In this document: positions 18,087 through 28,130 of the stretch, piece by piece | How the letters are laid out: every line of letters begins with the position of its first letter | How positions within the stretch are numbered: position 1 is the stretch's first letter | Assembly (NCBI GenBank): GCA_044229845.1 | Contig: JBGASG010000006.1 | Coordinates: forward strand, 128,001 to 192,000 | DNA from: Candidatus Obscuribacteraceae bacterium | GTDB lineage: Bacteria > Cyanobacteriota > Vampirovibrionia > Obscuribacterales > Obscuribacteraceae | DNA: 64,000 nt | Reading direction: 5' to 3' | Made by a program: the position numbers and the translations under genes | The notes under the pieces: generated by a model | What the model saw: the letters and a program-made list of their open reading frames with translations, nothing else | The model's database searches: none | Told to the model about the DNA's origin: nothing

Positions 18087-18812
18087 TCAGCGACGGCGGA
18101 TGCGGAGCATTTGCTCGGCGCCGATAATGTCGCGCTGCGCGACTGGTTCGAGGGAACATTCGAGTCCCTGAGCGGTCAGCTGTTTCATTAGCAGGCGCAG
18201 AAACGCATGTTCGTCGGCGGCAGTGGCTTGTAAGGGATAAATGCGCACGTCCTGACGGCTGACACGCATCAACTCTTCAACTGCTCTTTCGTGAAACACA
18301 TAATCGAAGGGTGAGCTTTCAGTGATCATGCCACCATATGCGGCATCACTGTAAAGAAACAAAAGATTGGCGCAGAGAACGATGTCGAAGCTCTTATCAG
18401 CAAACGGCAAGCTGGGGAGTTCAGCAGCAACATAGCGATGTCCGCTTTCCGGCTTTTCGAAATCTGCGAGAAACTGTTCCATTTCCTTGCGTCGCTCCGA
18501 AGCAGGCACCAGTTCTTCATGAAACAATTCGCGCATGCGCTCCTGTTTCTCCGAGACGGCTTGCGTGTCTTCGTCCACCATTTTGCGCAGAGACTGCAAT
18601 TCCTCTCCATAAAGAGGATCGCAGGCAATCGCGTCGATGCCGTGTTCTGCAGCCTGCACGGCAAATGCTGCCGGTCCGGCGCCGCAATCCAGGACTTTTA
18701 ATCCGCGCATCGCCGCCAGATCCAAATTGAACATGGCAACGTATTCGCTGATGCCCCGCCCGAAGAAGACCACTCGCCCCCATTGAAACTCAGATTTGGT
18801 CGCGCTGTTCAT
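18087..18812 (-). CDS. Class I SAM-dependent methyltransferase
   Basis: VLDCGAGP, LPFADKSFDIVLC. Confidence 0.88.
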   Translation of the reverse strand: MNSATKSEFQWGRVVFFGRGISEYVAMFNLDLAAMRGLKVLDCGAGPAAFAVQAAEHGIDAIACDPLYGEELQSLRKMVDEDTQAVSEKQERMRELFHEELVPASERRKEMEQFLADFEKPESGHRYVAAELPSLPFADKSFDIVLCANLLFLYSDAAYGGMITESSPFDYVFHERAVEELMRVSRQDVRIYPLQATAADEHAFLRLLMKQLTAQGLECSLEPVAQRDIIGAEQMLRIRRR

Positions 18813-18848
18813 TTATAAAACCACCCGGATACCGATTACGACTAACAC

Positions 18849-19253
18849 TTAAATGGCAGCGGTGCAGGCTCGGCACTTATGCGCCGCCGCCGGAACCGTT
18901 TCGAGGCACTCAGGACAAACTTTAGTGGCGACTGCCGGAGGCTCTTTAGGCAGGAGAGCCTTGGTCAGGATGTATACAACGAAGGAAATGATCACGAAAT
19001 CCAAAACCGCGCCCAGGAGGTGTCCGTACTTGAGGGCGTTCACAGTTATCTTGCCGGCAGCATCGGTCGATTGCGACAGCACGACTTGCGCTTCGCGCCA
19101 GTCTCCGGCAGGCATGATCAGCCCAACCACCGGCATCAACATGTCATCGACCACGGCAGAAACCAGTTTGCCCGTGGCGCCGCCAATGATAACTCCGATT
19201 GCCAAGGCCAGGGCGTTGGCTTTCGTTAGGAACGAAACAAAGTCCTTGAGCAT
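18849..19253 (-). CDS. mscL: Large-conductance mechanosensitive channel with C-terminal CxxC..CxxC extension
   Basis: MLKDFVSFL...LAIGVIIG, YGHLLGAVLDFVII, CPEC/CRAC. Confidence 0.93.
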   Translation of the reverse strand: MLKDFVSFLTKANALALAIGVIIGGATGKLVSAVVDDMLMPVVGLIMPAGDWREAQVVLSQSTDAAGKITVNALKYGHLLGAVLDFVIISFVVYILTKALLPKEPPAVATKVCPECLETVPAAAHKCRACTAAI

Positions 19254-19316
19254 TTCCGCGCTCCGCCGCCAATCGCAGCAATTATACTCGGGTTGAGGCG
19301 CGGTATTCCGAAAACG

Positions 19317-21065
19317 TCAGGCAGCCGCCATAATCAGAGGGTTGTTGTTCATGTCCCGTCTGGCGTTGCGAAACTCGATGTTCTTGTTTTGTTCTGCAAC
19401 TGGAATGCGTGGCAGGTCTACTCCTTGCGATGACTGGAGCGGCTGATCTGGGGACTGCTGGCGCTGTTTTTCGCGCAGTTCGAAGCCCCGTTTCGTCAGT
19501 TCGTAGTCTCTCGGGTTCTGCCCAAGAGTCTTGCTGGCTGCCCATTCCATACGGCTCTTGCCGCTACCGATTTTATACAGTCCGACCGCGGCGTTGGCTT
19601 CATCGAATTCATAGCCCATCTCATTGGCATACATGCCCCAGGCGGCGTTGCCCCATTCCTCGTATTGGCGTCCGACCTGCTTGTCGTCCCAGTCGCCGTC
19701 ATCTTTAGTGCGCTGGTACATGTTGATATTTCCGGCATTGTCGCGGCATTCTTTTAAGCGAGACTGAAGGAGCGATTCATAGTTCTCCGGCACTTCTTGA
19801 ATCAGCGGTCGATACTCGATGGGGTTGTTGCCGGCCGAAGTGAAATTCTGCGCGGTGCCTTTTTGAGCCAGATCGACTTGCTTGCCATTGGGAGCGGTGA
19901 ATACAGTCTTGTCATCGATGTTCACTTGATTGCCGTCTTTGTTATACCAGATCGGTACATCCGCTCTAATTAGCATGCCATCGCCATCGAGCAGATCTTC
20001 GCGATGATAAACCGTGGTCTCCCCGTCTTTGGAGTAGGTGACTTGTGTGGGATGTCCTTCGTAGTCGAATTCAACTTTGGTGACCGAACCATCCGGACGA
20101 GTGGTGGTCATCGTCGGAGGCGTGAAAGCGGTGCCTTCCGAGTTTTGAATTGTGGTGCCGTCGGTCAGAGTGAGTGTACGGTTTTTAGCATCCTTCGCGT
20201 TGGCGACGGTGCCATCTGGGAAGTAGCGCAGCGAGGCTTGATCGGTGCCTTTGAGATTGGTGTTGTACACGACCGCGCAACCATCCGAGTCGGCTGTGAC
20301 CTTTCCTTGCCAGGACTCATCGACGTTGCCGGCGGCATCTTTTTTGGTCCATTTGCCGGTCTCACGATCCATTTCGTACGTGTTGTACTGCGAGTCTTGG
20401 AAGTAAACACATTCCGGCGGGCGCGGTTGTCCATCTTTGTGTTCGACAACTGCGAATTTCACGGTCTGCAATGGTGCCAGACATGGTCCGTTTTCTGTTT
20501 CGTCCTTTCTCAATACTGTGACTACCCTGGTGCCGTCAGACTCGCGCGAAGTGATGGTCTGCGCATTAGGATAGATTGTTTTCTCGGTGCCGTCAGGACG
20601 AATCTGTTTAGTAACTTGGTCTGTCGCAGAATTGGGATCAGCTGCGTCCTTCGGAATGTTGTATATGATGTTGAGGTTGCCGTCGTTGTCCAGTTTTACG
20701 TCCTGGACGGGCTCGCCATCAGGAGCGAGTAGACTGTGGCGATACCACTGACCATCACGCCTTATGTATGTTTCGCCGAGTTTGTCGGTGTACTTGACCG
20801 GCTGTCCGTCGTTGTCCAGCTCCAGTCCTTTGACTTCGCGTTTCTCGCTGTTGCCGTCGACCAGCTCGAAAGGACGTTCTCTATCAATTTCGTTTGTAAC
20901 TGTTTTCTGTGCTGCTTTCAGTGATTGATCCGCCGGCTTGATGCCTTGCTTCTGAGCATCCTGAACTTCGTTGGAAGAGTTTTGAGAGCTGTTGTCTCGC
21001 ACGGATTCTTCGGCAGATTTCGAATCCTTCGGTTTATCAACGTCTTGCGTCTTAGTAAGGCTCAT
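19317..21065 (-). CDS. Repeat-rich protein with C-terminal Ntox44-like putative toxin domain
   Basis: Recurrent PDG[TS] hairpin motifs; C-terminal WDDK...YEEWGNAAWG...NPRD...G; start uncertain. Confidence 0.6.
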   Translation of the reverse strand: MSLTKTQDVDKPKDSKSAEESVRDNSSQNSSNEVQDAQKQGIKPADQSLKAAQKTVTNEIDRERPFELVDGNSEKREVKGLELDNDGQPVKYTDKLGETYIRRDGQWYRHSLLAPDGEPVQDVKLDNDGNLNIIYNIPKDAADPNSATDQVTKQIRPDGTEKTIYPNAQTITSRESDGTRVVTVLRKDETENGPCLAPLQTVKFAVVEHKDGQPRPPECVYFQDSQYNTYEMDRETGKWTKKDAAGNVDESWQGKVTADSDGCAVVYNTNLKGTDQASLRYFPDGTVANAKDAKNRTLTLTDGTTIQNSEGTAFTPPTMTTTRPDGSVTKVEFDYEGHPTQVTYSKDGETTVYHREDLLDGDGMLIRADVPIWYNKDGNQVNIDDKTVFTAPNGKQVDLAQKGTAQNFTSAGNNPIEYRPLIQEVPENYESLLQSRLKECRDNAGNINMYQRTKDDGDWDDKQVGRQYEEWGNAAWGMYANEMGYEFDEANAAVGLYKIGSGKSRMEWAASKTLGQNPRDYELTKRGFELREKQRQQSPDQPLQSSQGVDLPRIPVAEQNKNIEFRNARRDMNNNPLIMAAA

Positions 21066-21149
21066 TAGTAAGGTGCTCCAGGAAGAAGGAGAAGCGCAGT
21101 CAGCGAGCATTTGGGTGGCGGGTTCGTACACCATAGAGCCGATTTGTTA

Positions 21150-21746
21150 ACGAGTTGTTTAATGCAAAACCGCGCGCCGGAGCAACCACCCCAAAACTCC
21201 GGCAGCAGCAGGTCCACAGGTGCCGACACAGACGGGTTCTACGGGCTTTTTTCAAGCCCGCGGCAGCAGAACCACGCCGCCCAAATCTTCGATGTCGGCG
21301 TTCAAACTGCCGCGCAAACTGCTTGAGTCCGAAAAAGAACCTGCGAATATCAAACTTAACTTCCGGGCCTGACATAAACTTTGGCGCCCAGCACACGCGC
21401 AACTTGAATCGACATCAGACCAGTGGCGGAGCCGCCGGCATGCACCAGCACGAAGTCGCCAGCCTTCACTTCGCCGACCAGCTGAACTGCACTGATCGCA
21501 GTTAGTAGTGGCACCGGTAGTGTCGCAATCTGTTCGACAGGCAGCTCAGTGGTGTCGGACAGAACAAATTCCTGTGGCACCACGACGAACTGCGCATAGC
21601 TTCCAGGGAGCGGAAAGCCTCTGAAGTAGTAGCTTGGTGCTATCACCAGCACTTTGACCAAAACCTGCCCGCTCCCCGGTTTCGGGTCCGGCAATTCGTG
21701 TACTTCGAGGACCTCCGGTCCGCCGAAACGCCACAGCAGCTTTCAC
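21150..21746 (-). pseudogene. Eroded zinc-binding dehydrogenase/quinone oxidoreductase (MDR) remnant
   Basis: GTG KAAV, frameshift, then RFGGPEVLEVHELPDPKPGSGQVLVKV; GSYAQFVVVP; VLVHAGGSATG; stop at 21356; left limit approximate. Confidence 0.75.
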
Positions 21747-21833
21747 TTTGTTTCCCTTGTCTTGAAAAGGTCCCGCCGCGGATGCATTAGTATTACATAG
21801 AGACTGCCTGGTCTGTTTCAGAGGTAACACAAC

Positions 21834-22856
21834 ATGCGTTTGCTGGTAATCGGCGGTACTGTCTTTCTCGGGCGCCATCTGGTGTCGGCGGCGCTGGCCG
21901 CTGGGCATCAAGTGACCACGCTCAATCGCGGTACTCATGACCTGCCTGAGCAAGCGAATGTCGAAAAACTAAAAGCGGATCGCGAAGGCGATCTGAGTTT
22001 TCTGCGGGGACGAAACTTCGATGTCGTCGTCGATACCTGCGGGTATCGGCCCGAAGTGGTGGGACACTCTTTGCGTGCGCTTGCTGGATCTGTCGGCACT
22101 TATATCTTCATATCGACAGTTTCTGTTTATGGCGATCTATCCGGCATCGGAGTTTCCGAGAACGATCCGATTCGCTGTACGCAGCCGGGTGCAGAAGGGA
22201 CTTACGGAAGTCTCAAAGCCGACTGCGAACGAGTCATCACGGAGCTTATGCCCGAGAACTCCCTGATCATCAGACCCGGATTGCTGGCTGGACCTTATGA
22301 TCCGACCGATCGATTTACGTATTGGCCGTCACGCTTTGCGCGCGGCGGAGATATCGTTGTGCCAGTCAGGCTAGAGTCGTTTGTGCAGTTTATCGATGCC
22401 CGCGATCTGGCGCTTTTCATACTCAAACTTGCAGAGGCCGAGGCGCGCGGTGTCTACATCGCCACCGGTCCGGAAGGACGGCTGACACTGGGAGACTTTC
22501 TCGACGCGTGTGAGCAAGCTGCGGGCAAAGGAGCGCGCCTGGTGCGAGTGGAGGAAGCTGCATTGGAGAAGGCCGGAGTGGCTCCATGGACTGAATTACC
22601 TCTATGGATTCCAGCCTGGGACAAAAGCTTTGCAGGAGCAATGCGGCTCGATCGCCGCAAGGCAGTCGGAGCCGGACTGACATGCAGACCGGTCGGATCG
22701 ACGATTGCGGACACGTTGGAGTGGGATAGAACGCGCGACCCATCCATTCCTAGAGCGGCAGGTTTGTCGGAAGAACGCGAAGAAGAATTACTGCGCCGAC
22801 CAAAATTAGAGAAGGCTCCCGGCAAGGGACCACTTCCGGGACCGGGGCTTCGTTAG
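21834..22856 (+). CDS. NAD-dependent epimerase/dehydratase (extended SDR)
   Basis: GGTVFLG, YGSLK, RPGLLAGP, QFIDARDLA. Confidence 0.92.
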   Translation: MRLLVIGGTVFLGRHLVSAALAAGHQVTTLNRGTHDLPEQANVEKLKADREGDLSFLRGRNFDVVVDTCGYRPEVVGHSLRALAGSVGTYIFISTVSVYGDLSGIGVSENDPIRCTQPGAEGTYGSLKADCERVITELMPENSLIIRPGLLAGPYDPTDRFTYWPSRFARGGDIVVPVRLESFVQFIDARDLALFILKLAEAEARGVYIATGPEGRLTLGDFLDACEQAAGKGARLVRVEEAALEKAGVAPWTELPLWIPAWDKSFAGAMRLDRRKAVGAGLTCRPVGSTIADTLEWDRTRDPSIPRAAGLSEEREEELLRRPKLEKAPGKGPLPGPGLR

Positions 22857-22858
22857 CC

Positions 22859-23656
22859 TCATTGCTCACCACAAGCCCTGAGAGAAACGAGCTTGAGGGT
22901 CCAGATCCACTTGCCGTCATCGAGCACCAGAACTTGATCGGCACCGCGCCAGGTCATTGAAAAATTACCGAACAACTCATTGTTGAGGCTGTTCGTCATA
23001 ACCAGGCGACCACCATTGACGGTATAAGTGCCCATCTGTCCCGCCGCCAATCCGTAACGGGTGATCGACCAGCGACCCGACTTGCAAAAAGAAAACGATT
23101 GCGCAAACGACTTTGGTCCGGACGCAGCCTCACCTTTTTTCTGCATGCCGATCAGGTCCCATCCAGTACCCGGAATGAAGGGAAGTCCGCCGTTCATACG
23201 CGGGTTGAGTCCACCGGTGGATGACGATGATGCTGTTGTGGATGTGGATGCGGTTGACGTGGATGCGGTAGTCGATGCGGTGGCGGATGCCGCTCTTCTG
23301 GGCGAAACGGTTGGTGCTGCTGTTGCCGCCACCGGCGGTGCCGCAGACTGAGTGCCCGCGGTCGCGGCCGATGCACTCGTCGCCATGCGAATGTGTATTG
23401 TCTGCGAGATTTCGCCGGCTGGATCTCTTAGCGAACTCGATTTCATCCGCTTTACTCGGTAGGTGTTTCCGTCCTGTGTATCTTCCGGCTTGAACGGCAT
23501 GACCACCGCCCGCTCCCAATAGTTGATGCCGGCGTCGTCGACTTCCACAATATCTCCAACTTTGAATGGTTGCGCAAACGCAGCGCCAGCGGTAACCATG
23601 CTGGCAAGCATGGCAATACTGACGAGTTTTGAAAGCGAGCTGTTCGTTTTGTTCAT
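22859..23656 (-). CDS. Secreted hypothetical protein with Ser/Thr/Ala linker
   Basis: Signal peptide ending AAFA; two domains separated by a low-complexity linker. Confidence 0.7.
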   Translation of the reverse strand: MNKTNSSLSKLVSIAMLASMVTAGAAFAQPFKVGDIVEVDDAGINYWERAVVMPFKPEDTQDGNTYRVKRMKSSSLRDPAGEISQTIHIRMATSASAATAGTQSAAPPVAATAAPTVSPRRAASATASTTASTSTASTSTTASSSSTGGLNPRMNGGLPFIPGTGWDLIGMQKKGEAASGPKSFAQSFSFCKSGRWSITRYGLAAGQMGTYTVNGGRLVMTNSLNNELFGNFSMTWRGADQVLVLDDGKWIWTLKLVSLRACGEQ

Positions 23657-23829
23657 CACCAGGACTCCCAATGTAGGCAGCCAGCCTAACACCAATCAAG
23701 CCGACTGAAAACGACCCGCAGATCCTCAATGCGCCGACATGTTGGAATCCGCGAACATTGTCCAGTCCTCAAAGTAATAGGTCTTGGCTACGCGGCTTCA
23801 AGCTATAATCAGAGTGTCGCGTCTCGTCT

Positions 23830-24555
23830 ACCAGTTCCATCGTCGTATCGCGCGGATGCCCGCACACATGCGATTTTTGCTACAAGGAAGCGTTCTACAC
23901 CGGTGGCCGATCATTCTATACGCAGGTCGCCGACGAAGCTTTGAAGGAGATAGAACGCTTGCCGGGTAGGCACGTCTATTTTCTCGACGATCATCTTTTC
24001 GGCAACGAGCGCTTTGCCAATGCACTGTTCGACGGCATGATTGGCATGGGCAAGGTGTTCCAAGGAGCTGCCACAGTTCAATCCATCCTCAAACCGGGGC
24101 TGCTTGAGAAAGCTGCGAAGACGGGGATGCGCAGCGTATTTGTCGGCTTCGAAACGCTGGACCCGACAAATTTGACGGAGCATGACAAATTTCAGAACCT
24201 GAATCGAGACTACGGAGCTGCAATTCGCCGCGTGCATGATTGCGGAATTATGGTGAATGGTAGTTTCGTATTTGGAATGGACAACGATGATGAAACTGTG
24301 TTCGAGCGCACGGTTGAGTGGGCGATAACACAGGGAATCGAAACCGCGACCTTCCACATCATGACGCCCTATCCCAGTACTGAATTGTATAAGCGGATGG
24401 ACAGCGAACAGAGGATGCTGCACAGCAATTGGGATCTGTATGACACTCGGCATGTGGTGTACAGACCGACGAAACTGACTACCGGCCAATTAGAGAAAGG
24501 ATATTGGCGAGCGTACAAAGAGTTTTACACGTGGAATTCGTTGTTTCGCAGTTCA
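23830..24555 (+). pseudogene. Remnant of a B12-binding-type radical SAM gene (core only)
   Basis: SRGCPHTCDFC (CX3CX2C) in frame with the 23941 ORF, in-frame TAA at 23806 and no start codon before the motif; FVGFET and TPYPST motifs; 3' end runs into the convergent gene. Confidence 0.8.
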
Positions 24556-24592
24556 AGTGTATGCTTGAGATCGTACTTGCTGCCTTTGGGCG

Positions 24593-25309
24593 CTATCGAA
24601 GTGACGGGGCTGCTTCTACAGTTGAGCATGAACGTCCTTCCCTGGTTAGCTCATAGTCCCATTTGTCACCGTTGAACAGGAGATCGTGGCAATCGGGCGA
24701 TTCGAGCAGCTGTACAATGTGCGTCGCTACATATTCAGGCGAATGCATTATTGATTTCTTGTCGGCAATTTCTTGCGCATTGAGACCATAGACAGCCAGT
24801 GGTGTCTCCACGGGTCCTGGATACGCTGCTTTAATTTGGAACTGCCCGTAGTGGCGCCTCAACAATTGAACAAAATTCGCAAGACACATTTTAGTCAGAG
24901 CATAGACGCCGGGATCGTCCGGCGGATCCAGGGCGTGTCCGGAGGACATCTGCATGATGGTGGCGTTTGCGGCAAGAAACGGCAATGCCTCGCGAACGAA
25001 GAGCCACGAACCCTTCACGTTGACGTCAAATAGAATGTCGAAATCATCGGGTGAGGAAGCGAACAGCGCTCCTCGGCGTATTACTCCGGCATTGCTTATG
25101 AGGATATCGATTGCCGGACCGATTTTTGCAAACGCGGATTGCAGCGCGGCTTGGTAAGTGACGTCGGCGGAAACATATTTGATTCCCTCGGCGGGCGGAG
25201 GCGGCTCGGACCTATCAACGACAAAGACTTGCGAGTCGCCGCGCGCGGAGTAGTTTCTTGCGATAGCAAGTCCTATCCCGCTGCTGCCGCCGGAAATCAC
25301 CATTTTCAT
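24593..25309 (-). CDS. SDR-family oxidoreductase
   Basis: SGGSSGIG, SNAG, YALTK, PGPVET. Confidence 0.9.
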   Translation of the reverse strand: MKMVISGGSSGIGLAIARNYSARGDSQVFVVDRSEPPPPAEGIKYVSADVTYQAALQSAFAKIGPAIDILISNAGVIRRGALFASSPDDFDILFDVNVKGSWLFVREALPFLAANATIMQMSSGHALDPPDDPGVYALTKMCLANFVQLLRRHYGQFQIKAAYPGPVETPLAVYGLNAQEIADKKSIMHSPEYVATHIVQLLESPDCHDLLFNGDKWDYELTREGRSCSTVEAAPSLR

Positions 25310-25457
25310 AATTGCTGCAAGTGCCTCGCCTTTTCCAACTCACCGAGTCTACTGCGGTGGGCTCCAGCGGGGAATGTGGAATTGTGCTGTCATAAGGACA
25401 GGCGGGCATTTTGGTAAAATACCCCGATGAAGAGACCCGAGAGCCAAAGGAGTTGAG

Positions 25458-26039
25458 ATGAGAACATTCATTGCAGCGTTATTGCTTTCAGTAATGGTGG
25501 CCTCTAGCGGAATGGCACAAGACACGAAATATCCGAAGGCGAAGGTCAGCTTCGACGATTTTAAAGCGCTAGTCGCGGAGGTTGAACCTATTCGAGCAAC
25601 TCGCCTGATCAGCCTGGATCAGTTCCTGAAGATGAGTCAGGAGCCAGGCGTCATCGTTCTCGACAGTCGTTCAACGTTTCGTTTCGATCGCATCCATTTG
25701 AAAGGCGCGAAGCACCTGAGTTTTACGGACTTTACTCAAGCGAATTTGGCCAAAGTCATTCCCTCGCCTGATACGAAGATTCTGATTTACTGCAACAACA
25801 ATTTCGATGGCAACCAGACGGACTTTGCGTCGAAGGTAGCAGCACCACGTCCGAAAGCCAGCAATCCAATTGCATCGCAGATGGCTTCGCAGGCAAAGCC
25901 CAGAATGATGGCACTCAACGTTCCCACTTACATAAATCTCTACGGCTACGGCTACCACAACGTGTACGAACTGAATGAACTCGTGAAAGTGAATGATCCG
26001 AGGATCAAGTTCGAGGGCACGATTGTAGAAACGAAGTAG
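25458..26039 (+). CDS. Secreted rhodanese-like domain protein
   Basis: AGGAG RBS, signal peptide, VLDSRS...HLKGA...ILIYCNNN. Confidence 0.85.
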   Translation: MRTFIAALLLSVMVASSGMAQDTKYPKAKVSFDDFKALVAEVEPIRATRLISLDQFLKMSQEPGVIVLDSRSTFRFDRIHLKGAKHLSFTDFTQANLAKVIPSPDTKILIYCNNNFDGNQTDFASKVAAPRPKASNPIASQMASQAKPRMMALNVPTYINLYGYGYHNVYELNELVKVNDPRIKFEGTIVETK

Positions 26040-26119
26040 CGAACAAATCCGTGAGTCTTCGCGTTTCATATCTATTGACTACGTTCAGATCTCTCAAACC
26101 TGACAATCGAATGCGATAA

Positions 26120-26455
26120 TTGACTCCGCAGAATCGCGGAGAGGAGTCGAGAGTGCGTTTGCAAAGCAGAGTTCGCCTTTGGACAGCAATGCCGGTAGTT
26201 GCTCTGACTGCATTGGCGCTGACGGTCCTAGTTGTGAAACCAGTTGTCGGAGCGCTGAACGGAGATTTGTATCTGCGATTGCAGGCGACAAGAAACGCGC
26301 TAGTTTCGCAAGAGAGAGAAATTACCAAGTCTTACGACGACGTCACGCGTCAGATCGACGAGCTACGCAAGAAGCAGCTGTTGCTTGATTCGTACCTGAG
26401 GCAGACTCGGGATGCAATTCGAGATGTAGAGCGAGCAATGGGGAACGCGCAATGA
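26120..26455 (+). CDS. Small membrane-anchored coiled-coil protein
   Basis: One TM helix then heptad-like segment; ATGA overlap with next gene; start uncertain. Confidence 0.65.
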   Translation: MTPQNRGEESRVRLQSRVRLWTAMPVVALTALALTVLVVKPVVGALNGDLYLRLQATRNALVSQEREITKSYDDVTRQIDELRKKQLLLDSYLRQTRDAIRDVERAMGNAQ

Positions 26456-27027
26456 ACAAGTCTCAAACTTTCAGGCAATCAAGCCGAGCAGCGCTACTTA
26501 TCTCATTTGCCCTGGCAAACTGCTTAGGGTTCTACTGCATCCAGCCGGCATTGGCCGATAAGACTGCTACGGAACCGATTGTCAATGTGGAAAAGCCCTA
26601 TGCCACTCCTGAATCGGAGGCATCAAAAGCTGAAGCCCAGGACGTGATCGATGTCTTGCAAATAATGGGTAAGGCTTACGCTAGCGGTGACATCGCAGAA
26701 TACATCAAACATCTCGATAATCAGTGCAGCGTATTCGACGAACACAAGAATCAAATGGTGCATGGAAAGGAAGCCGTGATTGCTGCCCTGACGGAGAAGT
26801 TCGCAAAGCGCTCGCAGAAGGGAGCGGAAAAAATCCTTTCCTACACGATCGTTCAGCCTTACGTGAAGGTCAATGGCAACACGGCCGTTGTCACCTACCG
26901 TGCCATTGAAGAAGTCGGCGGGGCGCATCCTCGGAAGCTGGAAGGGTCCATGAGCGATGTGTTTGCCAAGGAAGATGGACACTGGATGAAAGTGCATCAA
27001 CACGCGGTTTGGAAACGTGTCAAATGA
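26452..27027 (+). CDS. Secreted NTF2/SnoaL-like (DUF4440-type) protein
   Basis: Signal peptide; GKEAV, VNGNTAVVTY, DVFAKEDGHWMKVHQH. Confidence 0.8.
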   Translation: MNKSQTFRQSSRAALLISFALANCLGFYCIQPALADKTATEPIVNVEKPYATPESEASKAEAQDVIDVLQIMGKAYASGDIAEYIKHLDNQCSVFDEHKNQMVHGKEAVIAALTEKFAKRSQKGAEKILSYTIVQPYVKVNGNTAVVTYRAIEEVGGAHPRKLEGSMSDVFAKEDGHWMKVHQHAVWKRVK

Positions 27028-27643
27028 ACTTGCGAAGCCTGTGACCCACGATCCACCCCATCCGGCCTACTCCTTCGCATTCGTCATTCAGGAGACCTTC
27101 ACGCTCTCCTGGGGCGGCGTTACAGTTGTGAGCCCCCCAGAGTGCAGCTGGCACCAGCCGTCCGTTGGAATAAAAGTGATGCTACGCACCCCAGACGGAG
27201 AGCTTCTCGAATCCGCTGCATCTTTGGTGCACTCCACTCCGAACCCCGACAGCATCATTAGTCTGAAACTGCCTGACCTCACCAAAGCGGAGGTTCCCGT
27301 CGGCACCGAACTCTTTGTGCGGATGCGCCGCACACCCGAAGAACTACAGCAAGCATTTGCCGCACTCGACGATATGATGGGTTCGTGCTGGAACAGCCTC
27401 AACGAATTTCCGGAGTTCCCTGATGCGCACGACTTCCGACTGTGGATGCAGGACCAACTGATCAAAGGACTCGCGGAAGAAGTCCCAATCAAAAAGCCGC
27501 ATCGCAAGAACAAGTCGGGAGAGCATTGGTACAAAAACATCCGCACCAATCAAGTCTGGCGCTATCTCGAAACAATCTTGCCCAACCGTGAATCGTTCGA
27601 GTGCATCAGCCCAGTAACTGACGACCAATCTGTTTCGATTTAA
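27017..27643 (+). CDS. Hypothetical protein
   Basis: 208-aa ORF overlapping upstream stop. Confidence 0.6.
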   Translation: MSNELAKPVTHDPPHPAYSFAFVIQETFTLSWGGVTVVSPPECSWHQPSVGIKVMLRTPDGELLESAASLVHSTPNPDSIISLKLPDLTKAEVPVGTELFVRMRRTPEELQQAFAALDDMMGSCWNSLNEFPEFPDAHDFRLWMQDQLIKGLAEEVPIKKPHRKNKSGEHWYKNIRTNQVWRYLETILPNRESFECISPVTDDQSVSI

Positions 27644-27714
27644 CACAAAGGCCACACTTACTCCACACCGCTCGAATAGTCTTGTCTGACTATCCCGCTA
27701 TGGAGCTCTTCGGC

Positions 27715-28098
27715 ATGACCAAGAAAAAACGAGAGACCTCAATAAGTGAACAGGAAACCGCTCGCGCAACTACGCAATTCCAACTGTTCCAGTCGATGGG
27801 TGATTTCTTCTGGAAGGCGCTGCACTATGATTACGAGGCGACGAAAGAGCAAATTCATAAAGCATTTTACGGAGGACACTATGCCTGGGTGCACACGTTT
27901 GCTCTTGAAGATGAGGAAGATGAGGAATTGGAAGACCAGCTGCAAACTGTTTTTCACAAATCACAAAATCTAGAAGAAAGCTGGAGGGGCGAGATAGAGT
28001 GTCGGTCTACTTCCGTTGGTGACGTCATTAAGGTCGGCAATCAGTATTGGATCGTTGCGGCCCAGGGATTTGATCTCGGTTGGGAAGAAAAGTCTTGA
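27715..28098 (+). CDS. Hypothetical protein with YodL-like RSxSVGD motif
   Basis: GGAG RBS; CRSTSVGDVIKVGNQYWIV. Confidence 0.65.
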   Translation: MTKKKRETSISEQETARATTQFQLFQSMGDFFWKALHYDYEATKEQIHKAFYGGHYAWVHTFALEDEEDEELEDQLQTVFHKSQNLEESWRGEIECRSTSVGDVIKVGNQYWIVAAQGFDLGWEEKS

Positions 28099-28130
28099 AG
28101 AATTTTCGCCGATAAACTTGATGGTGGAAC

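Noticed and set aside
27643..27670. CACAAAGGCCACAC as the far end of the second island
   Set aside because: Only weak similarity to the GGGCCACA pairs and no adjacent tmRNA fragment
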